Of a stretch of 64,000 bases of DNA, positions 58,353-64,000 are shown one piece after another (position 1 is the first letter of the stretch; each line of letters begins with the position of its first letter). The stretch comes from Spirochaetia bacterium (GTDB lineage Bacteria > Spirochaetota > Spirochaetia > UBA9216): assembly GCA_963675665.1 (NCBI GenBank), contig OY776510.1, positions 960,001-1,024,000 of the forward strand, read 5' to 3'. The notes beneath the pieces were generated by a model. The model did no database searches. It had not been told where the DNA came from and worked only from the letters and a program-made list of their open reading frames with translations. Both the position numbers and the translations under genes were made by a program.

Positions 58353-60167
58353 TTATTCTCGGTGAAGTTCAAAATTCAGAAAACTTAATGTCTCAAGGTT
58401 GTTTTCAGACTTTACAGTAATACTGCCGCCGAGACTGCGGCCGATGCCCATAAGACGTGCTCTGGTTGCATTTTCCGTCTGTAACGGGAATTTGGACCAT
58501 CCGTCACTGCTTTCCAGGAAGAGACAGAGGAAACCGCTTTTTTTATCAAATTCAAGCTTAAAGCCTGTATACTGCGGCATTATTTCCGATTGAACGGGTG
58601 TATACTTTCCGCACCTCTCCATCCATGCCTGATCGACGAATACAGGCTCAATCCTGGTACACGGACTTAGAAGAATTCCCTGAAGTCTGAGATTAATGGA
58701 CTGAGTGTTATTAACTTCTTCTGTACTGATTGAGATTTCTTCAAATACGGGTAGTTTCAGCGGGATAAGTCCCAGAAGCTTCATACCAAGTGTCAATGTA
58801 CCGTCAGCGTGGTAATGAAGATCAAACCATCTGTTGAATGCGAAAATCTTCAACTTATCACCCTTTAATTTTATTTCTGACAGACCTGCAGATGATGCAT
58901 AAAAACCCGGAAGATTGTTTTTTACATTTTCAGGTGTTTTAATAATCGGGCTGTGTTCCTGCTCTTTCTGTATCGGAGCCTGCTGTTTCTCTGCGGCGAA
59001 TGTTCTGACGGTTTCAGATAAAATATTCGTAAGGCTGAAAGAGCCGACCCCGTCTACAGAGTTTACCATCACAAAAACTGCCAGGTCTCTTTCCGGAAGA
59101 ACAGCTGCAATAGCATGATATGGAGGCAGGTCGCCTCCGTGACCTAAAATATACTCGCCGGGCAGGCTCTTAAGGTCGACTATCCACCATGTAAGGCCGA
59201 TTCTGAAATCGAGATCATTTTGAACATCTATATTTGAGGGTTCAAACATTTCTTTCAGGGTTTCCTGTTTCAGCAGCCCTGTATCTTTTCGGTATGATGA
59301 TAGAATATTCTGCAGAAAGAGGCCCATGTCATTTGCGCTTGCGTTCAGGCTTCCTGCCGGCATGTCCCTGATGTAGGGCAGGGTTACCGGTTTCCCCGCA
59401 GTATATCCGACGGACATTCGATCTGCAGGAATCTCATCCTGAATAAAGCTAGAACTGGTCATGCCCGCAGGATCAAATACAAGGTCTTTAACAGCTTTCT
59501 GGAAATCCGAACCATGCACCCTTTCCACGATACATCCGAGAAGGGAGTATCCGAGGTTACAGTAAGAGAATATTGTATATGGTTCCCGAACTATGCCGCA
59601 TTGGTTAACGGCAGCTATAGCCCTGCGGTAGCTGTGAGTATAGTCCTCCGGTCTTTCGTAACCAAGAAAAAAATCCTGAAATCCGTCCGATTCAAGGCCG
59701 GACTGATGGTTCAGCAGCATCCTGACTGTAACAGTTTTTTCCGGCAGGCTTCCGCGGGGGTTGAATTCCGGTATATAGGTTGATACAGGGGCATCAAGAT
59801 CGATTTTGCCGGTTTCAACCAGCTTCATTACGGCTGTTGCCGTTATCAGTTTGGATACGGAACCTATATTGGATATTGTGTCGTCAGTGAAGTCACTTTT
59901 ATTTTTTTTATCGGCCAGACCGAACCCTTCGGACCACAGGACTCTTTCCGCGTCGGCAACTGCTATTGAAAGACCGGTAATATTTTTGGTATTCATTTCT
60001 TCCATTATCAACCCATGGAGGAGTGTCATTGCATCATCTGACAAAGGACCCGAAGCAGCAGGGGATTTTGTGTTAAGCCCGGCGCAGCCGGATATCATCA
60101 GCAAAACTGAAAGTATTGTGATAAGTGTAAAAAAGTGTGATCTGTTTTTATGTAAAGATTTCTTCAT
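58353..60167 (-). CDS. Serine hydrolase (beta-lactamase-like) lipoprotein
   Basis: Lipobox ISGC, GSVSK, LLNHQSG, YCNLGY, GHGGD. Confidence 0.92.
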   Translation of the reverse strand: MKKSLHKNRSHFFTLITILSVLLMISGCAGLNTKSPAASGPLSDDAMTLLHGLIMEEMNTKNITGLSIAVADAERVLWSEGFGLADKKNKSDFTDDTISNIGSVSKLITATAVMKLVETGKIDLDAPVSTYIPEFNPRGSLPEKTVTVRMLLNHQSGLESDGFQDFFLGYERPEDYTHSYRRAIAAVNQCGIVREPYTIFSYCNLGYSLLGCIVERVHGSDFQKAVKDLVFDPAGMTSSSFIQDEIPADRMSVGYTAGKPVTLPYIRDMPAGSLNASANDMGLFLQNILSSYRKDTGLLKQETLKEMFEPSNIDVQNDLDFRIGLTWWIVDLKSLPGEYILGHGGDLPPYHAIAAVLPERDLAVFVMVNSVDGVGSFSLTNILSETVRTFAAEKQQAPIQKEQEHSPIIKTPENVKNNLPGFYASSAGLSEIKLKGDKLKIFAFNRWFDLHYHADGTLTLGMKLLGLIPLKLPVFEEISISTEEVNNTQSINLRLQGILLSPCTRIEPVFVDQAWMERCGKYTPVQSEIMPQYTGFKLEFDKKSGFLCLFLESSDGWSKFPLQTENATRARLMGIGRSLGGSITVKSENNLETLSFLNFELHRE

Positions 60168-60757
60168 TTAATTATTCCTTTTTCTTCAGTTGTTTTCCGG
60201 GAATAATTCCATGGGCGTTTGATTACTTCCGTATATGATTTCAACCTGAGAGCAAGGCTGACATTGAAATAGCTTCTGGAAAAGTCCCATTCTCCGGTAA
60301 GAGCATTGTAAGGTCTGATAACCGGGGCAAAGGTAAGCGCTCCGTCCAGATCAGACATTGCCGGAAAACCAAGTGATACCCCGGGGTGGAGTGCAGGCGC
60401 TTCAGCCCGGTAGATTTTTGTTTCCTGATTTATCCTTCCTCCGGTTGCGATGATATCAAGAAATATATCAAAGTCCAGGCCTGTGTCGCCTATGAAATCA
60501 TTGTACCCGATGAACAGCCCGGTTTCAAAAAAGTTCTCTTTGATAGTAATAAAATCACCAAACATGGATCCGAAGCCGTAATAGACAGGTCCGTTACCAA
60601 TAAAGGATGACGACTTGATAAACACGCCGTAGCCTTGTCCGGAGCGGCCGTCGCCGGCATAACCCACATCGACGGAAAAAATGGATTTCCCTACATCCTG
60701 TGCACTTACTATTGAGCAAGTCAAAACTAAAATTAAAATGGTAATGAATTTTTTCAT
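60164..60757 (-). CDS. Exported hypothetical protein, possible beta-barrel
   Basis: Signal peptide, Gly/aromatic alternating strands; ATGA overlap with the hydrolase gene. Confidence 0.6.
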   Translation of the reverse strand: MKKFITILILVLTCSIVSAQDVGKSIFSVDVGYAGDGRSGQGYGVFIKSSSFIGNGPVYYGFGSMFGDFITIKENFFETGLFIGYNDFIGDTGLDFDIFLDIIATGGRINQETKIYRAEAPALHPGVSLGFPAMSDLDGALTFAPVIRPYNALTGEWDFSRSYFNVSLALRLKSYTEVIKRPWNYSRKTTEEKGIIK

Positions 60758-60974
60758 TCATGTCTCCTTCAAATCTGATATGATAAATCTATCGCTCAGA
60801 ATAAGAATTGGAAATGAGGAAAAGTACCCAATTGGGCTGGGTAATTGTACCCAGAGGGCTTGATTTATCATGTGTTATAATAAGATCAGAGTTCCTTTAA
60901 AAAACATTTGTTATTTTTAATATCATCTCTTAGAATTAAACTGAATAGACCCTGACTTACCCGGAGCAGTTGAA

Positions 60975-61415
60975 GTGGATGATTATAAAATCAAAGATCT
61001 TGAACATTATCTTTCATTATGGACTAGAATACACTCATCAACCGGGAAATCAAGTTACGACCATATTCTGCCTTATTATGATGATGATATTTACTTTCAG
61101 GACAGTGTTCAGGAACTAAAGGGCATCAGGGCGTTTGCAGAAATGACTGAACGCCTGTCAAAGAGATCCAAGAACCTTGAAATGGTTATTCATAACAGCA
61201 GCATGCAGCAGGATGTTATTTTTGTTGAATGGGAAATGATTATCTCCTATAAAAAATATCCGAAAACATCAATTTATGGCGCAAGCAGAACCACTCTAAA
61301 AGAAGGCAAAATAATTGATCAGCGGGACTATTACGACCTCTGGGGCGATATCTTTAGAAATATAAAATTTCTCGGGAAGGGTTACCGCAGGTTTATGAGA
61401 AAGAGGTTTGGCTGA
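60975..61415 (+). CDS. SnoaL-like / NTF2-family protein
   Basis: YDDDIYFQDS, EWEM, GKIIDQRDYYD. Confidence 0.88.
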   Translation: MDDYKIKDLEHYLSLWTRIHSSTGKSSYDHILPYYDDDIYFQDSVQELKGIRAFAEMTERLSKRSKNLEMVIHNSSMQQDVIFVEWEMIISYKKYPKTSIYGASRTTLKEGKIIDQRDYYDLWGDIFRNIKFLGKGYRRFMRKRFG

Positions 61416-62359
61416 TGGGACTTCCAGGTTATCTTGTACAGTACCGGTTCCGTGATATGGGCGAGCTCATCGGAAATGATAAAAAGGAACCGCTTGAATG
61501 CAGTAAAAATATGAAAGGCAAAACAGTGGTTATCTCCGGCGCGACATCGGGAATCGGGTTGAGAACAGCCCGAAAGTTTGCGGAAAACGGAGCTGATTTA
61601 ATCTGTCTTAACCGTGATCCTGAAAAATCCCGAAAACTCGAGAACGAAATCAGGGAAAATTTCGGGTGTGAAATTTCTACCATTCTTGTAGATTTCAGCG
61701 ATATTGATCAGTTGAAGCAATGCGCTGAGGAACTGTTAAAACTGGAAACGCCCATAGATGTTCTGATTCATAACGCAGGCGTTTTTCACACAAAAAAAAC
61801 ATTTTCGCAGGATAATATCGAAATGGTTTTTCAGGTTAACCATCTCGGTTCGTTCCTGCTGAACTATATGCTTAAGGAAAGGCTGAAAAAAGAAAACAGG
61901 GTCAGGATAATATATGTCAATTCGGAAGGCCACCGCTTTGCGCTGGCCGGTGTTCACCTTGGAGATCTTGAGTGGAAAAGGCATTTATATACCGGCTTAA
62001 AAAGCTACGGGGCCGCTAAAACGGCGCAGCTTCTGACCATGCAGAAATTCCGCGATTTTTTCTCGGACAGCGCCGTAACGGTAAACGCAATGCATCCGGG
62101 TAATGTAAAGTCGGATATGGGAAATAATAACGGCGGATTATACCGTATGTTTAAGAAGAAGCTGGTACTGTCATCTGCAAAAGACCCGGATATATCAGCA
62201 ACGGCGTTATATTATCTGGCTGCTTCCGATGAAATGAAGAATGTATCAGGCAGATTTTTTAATCTGACTACCGAAGAAAAACCCGCGCCGCATGCCCGGG
62301 ACAGGAACTGTATCGGACCGGTCTGGGAAAGAAGTCTTGAATTATGCCGACTGAAGTGA
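61415..62359 (+). CDS. SDR-family oxidoreductase (retinol-dehydrogenase-like)
   Basis: SGATSGIG, HNAG, VNHLG, YGAAK, HPGNV. Confidence 0.92.
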   Translation: MGLPGYLVQYRFRDMGELIGNDKKEPLECSKNMKGKTVVISGATSGIGLRTARKFAENGADLICLNRDPEKSRKLENEIRENFGCEISTILVDFSDIDQLKQCAEELLKLETPIDVLIHNAGVFHTKKTFSQDNIEMVFQVNHLGSFLLNYMLKERLKKENRVRIIYVNSEGHRFALAGVHLGDLEWKRHLYTGLKSYGAAKTAQLLTMQKFRDFFSDSAVTVNAMHPGNVKSDMGNNNGGLYRMFKKKLVLSSAKDPDISATALYYLAASDEMKNVSGRFFNLTTEEKPAPHARDRNCIGPVWERSLELCRLK

Positions 62360-63966
62360 GCCGTAATAAAAAGAAAAAAATAATTATTGTCGGCGCGGGA
62401 ATGTCCGGGCTGACGGCGGGTGCATATATTCTCCGCGGCGGTCACGAGATCCTGATTCTTGAGAAAACTTCCGAATGCGGCGGCCTTGTCAACTCGTTTC
62501 GGAAGGACGGTTTTTTATTCGACACAGGCCCCCGGGCTGTCGGGAACGCCGGAATTCTGGTCCCGATGCTGGATGACCTCGGCATAGATCTTCCGCTGGT
62601 CAAGGGAGAGGTCTCTACCGGGATCCTTGACCGGATAGTGCATTACGATTCAAATGCCGGTGTTGATGATTTTATCGGGTCTTTGCAAAATCTTTTTCCC
62701 GAAGCTTTGAACGAGATAAAAAAGATTGAAAAATATATTCGGACATATACCTCGACAGCGGCAACCCTGAACAGGGTCCCGAACCCGTTTTTTAAAGACA
62801 TGCTGAAAGATCGGGAGTTCTTAATCAAAGAGTTTCTTCCCTGGCTGCCGTCTTTTCTTTGGGCGGCGCTGCGCACCGGTATGTTCAGCAGATCAATTGA
62901 AGATGTTCTGGGGACAATTTCCAGGAACAAGTCTCTGAACGATATGGTTTCACAGCATTTTTTCAAGGGGACGCCGGCAAATTTTGCTTTCGGGTATTTT
63001 GAAAACTTCCGGGATTATAAATATCCTGCAGGGGGAACGGCAGAGCTTCCAAAAGCTTTAGCCCGGAAGATCATTGCCGGAGGCGGGGCCGTTCAGTATG
63101 ATACGGAAATTACCGGCATAAACCCTGTTGAAAAGATATTGACGGACCAAAACGGAAACAGTTATTCCTATGATTTGCTGTTATGGGCCGGTGATCTGAA
63201 CAGCCTTTACAGGCTTTCGAACTGTGTCAACTGCCCGGCGAAGGTCCGGAATTCCGTTGCCGGAGAACGGCAAAGGTATCAGTCTGTTGCTTCCGGAGAG
63301 TCGGTGCTTTCGGTTTTCCTGGCGGTTGATGAGAAGCCGGAGTTTTTTAAGAGGATATCAAGGGGCCATTTTATCTATACTCCCAGGCTGGACGGGCTTG
63401 GAGAGCTGCACAGAAAACAGCTGAAGCAGATTAAATCGGAGTTTCAGCACATCTCAAAGCAGGAACTGTTTAACTGGCTGAAGGATTTCTGCCGGTATAA
63501 TTCATACGAAATATCGATACCTGTGCTGAAAGACAGTTCATTGGCGCCGGAGAATAAAACAGGATTGATTATCAGCCTGCTTTTCGACGGGGAATTGTTT
63601 GAAATGGCGGAGAAAGCGGGCTGGTACGAAGAGTTTAAAGAAAAAGCAGTAAGCAATATGATTGATTCGCTTGATCAGTCCGTTTACCCCGGATTGAAAA
63701 AGAAGATTATCTTTCAAAAATCCGCCACCCCGCTTACCCTGATGAAAATGTTTAAAACCGGACACGGGGCAATTACCGGCTGGAGCCTGGAAGAAAAAGC
63801 CCCTGTCCCGGACAGTCTGATGAAGATAACGGGGACGGCTGGAACTTCCATCCCGAATGTTTACAAGGCGGGACAGTGGTGCTACAGCCCTTCGGGGGTC
63901 CCGATTGCGATACTTACGGGGAGGATAGCCGCCGGCGAGATCCTGAAAGAAGCAAGGCGGTTATAA
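62344..63966 (+). CDS. CrtI/phytoene desaturase-like FAD oxidoreductase
   Basis: IVGAGMSGL, FDTGP, YPAGG, ATPLT, GAITGW, AGQW. Confidence 0.9.
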   Translation: MPTEVSRNKKKKIIIVGAGMSGLTAGAYILRGGHEILILEKTSECGGLVNSFRKDGFLFDTGPRAVGNAGILVPMLDDLGIDLPLVKGEVSTGILDRIVHYDSNAGVDDFIGSLQNLFPEALNEIKKIEKYIRTYTSTAATLNRVPNPFFKDMLKDREFLIKEFLPWLPSFLWAALRTGMFSRSIEDVLGTISRNKSLNDMVSQHFFKGTPANFAFGYFENFRDYKYPAGGTAELPKALARKIIAGGGAVQYDTEITGINPVEKILTDQNGNSYSYDLLLWAGDLNSLYRLSNCVNCPAKVRNSVAGERQRYQSVASGESVLSVFLAVDEKPEFFKRISRGHFIYTPRLDGLGELHRKQLKQIKSEFQHISKQELFNWLKDFCRYNSYEISIPVLKDSSLAPENKTGLIISLLFDGELFEMAEKAGWYEEFKEKAVSNMIDSLDQSVYPGLKKKIIFQKSATPLTLMKMFKTGHGAITGWSLEEKAPVPDSLMKITGTAGTSIPNVYKAGQWCYSPSGVPIAILTGRIAAGEILKEARRL

Positions 63967-64000
63967 AAGCAGCATAAGCAGCAGAAATAGAATAATTCCC

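Noticed and set aside
1-64000. CRISPR arrays, tRNA/rRNA genes, prophage or defence systems, and the many short antisense ORFs in the track
   Set aside because: No spaced direct-repeat arrays, cloverleafs or hallmark proteins seen by eye; the short ORFs overlap well-supported genes and lack motifs

Overview
Bacterial chromosomal window, probably from an anaerobic spirochaete. This is inferred from the 'LxAxGxxE'-type signal peptides on the solute-binding proteins and the many lipoproteins; no search was run. The window opens inside a class C (IIC) group II intron with an intact RT/maturase. It continues through a patchwork of accessory catabolic and regulatory modules: (1) a GntR-controlled twin-TRAP sugar-acid cluster with YhcH, two aldolase-family genes and an orphan URO-D-fold protein; (2) a GT4 glycosyltransferase and an esterase interrupted by one in-frame stop; (3) a CrtI-like oxidoreductase fused to a one-cluster Fe-S domain; (4) a MerR/class-III aminotransferase pair; (5) a ~9.5 kb segment bracketed by a 408-bp diverged direct repeat of the eamA 5' end, holding an IS remnant, a PadR/HAAS-like/peptidase module, a sigma54-controlled AOR operon and a serine hydrolase; (6) a YesNM-type sugar ABC operon with an LsrK-like kinase; (7) citrate synthase and several hydrolase/oxidoreductase operons. 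No tRNA, rRNA or CRISPR array was seen. Product calls rest on motif recognition by eye, and several start codons were moved from the ORF track to the RBS-supported codon.
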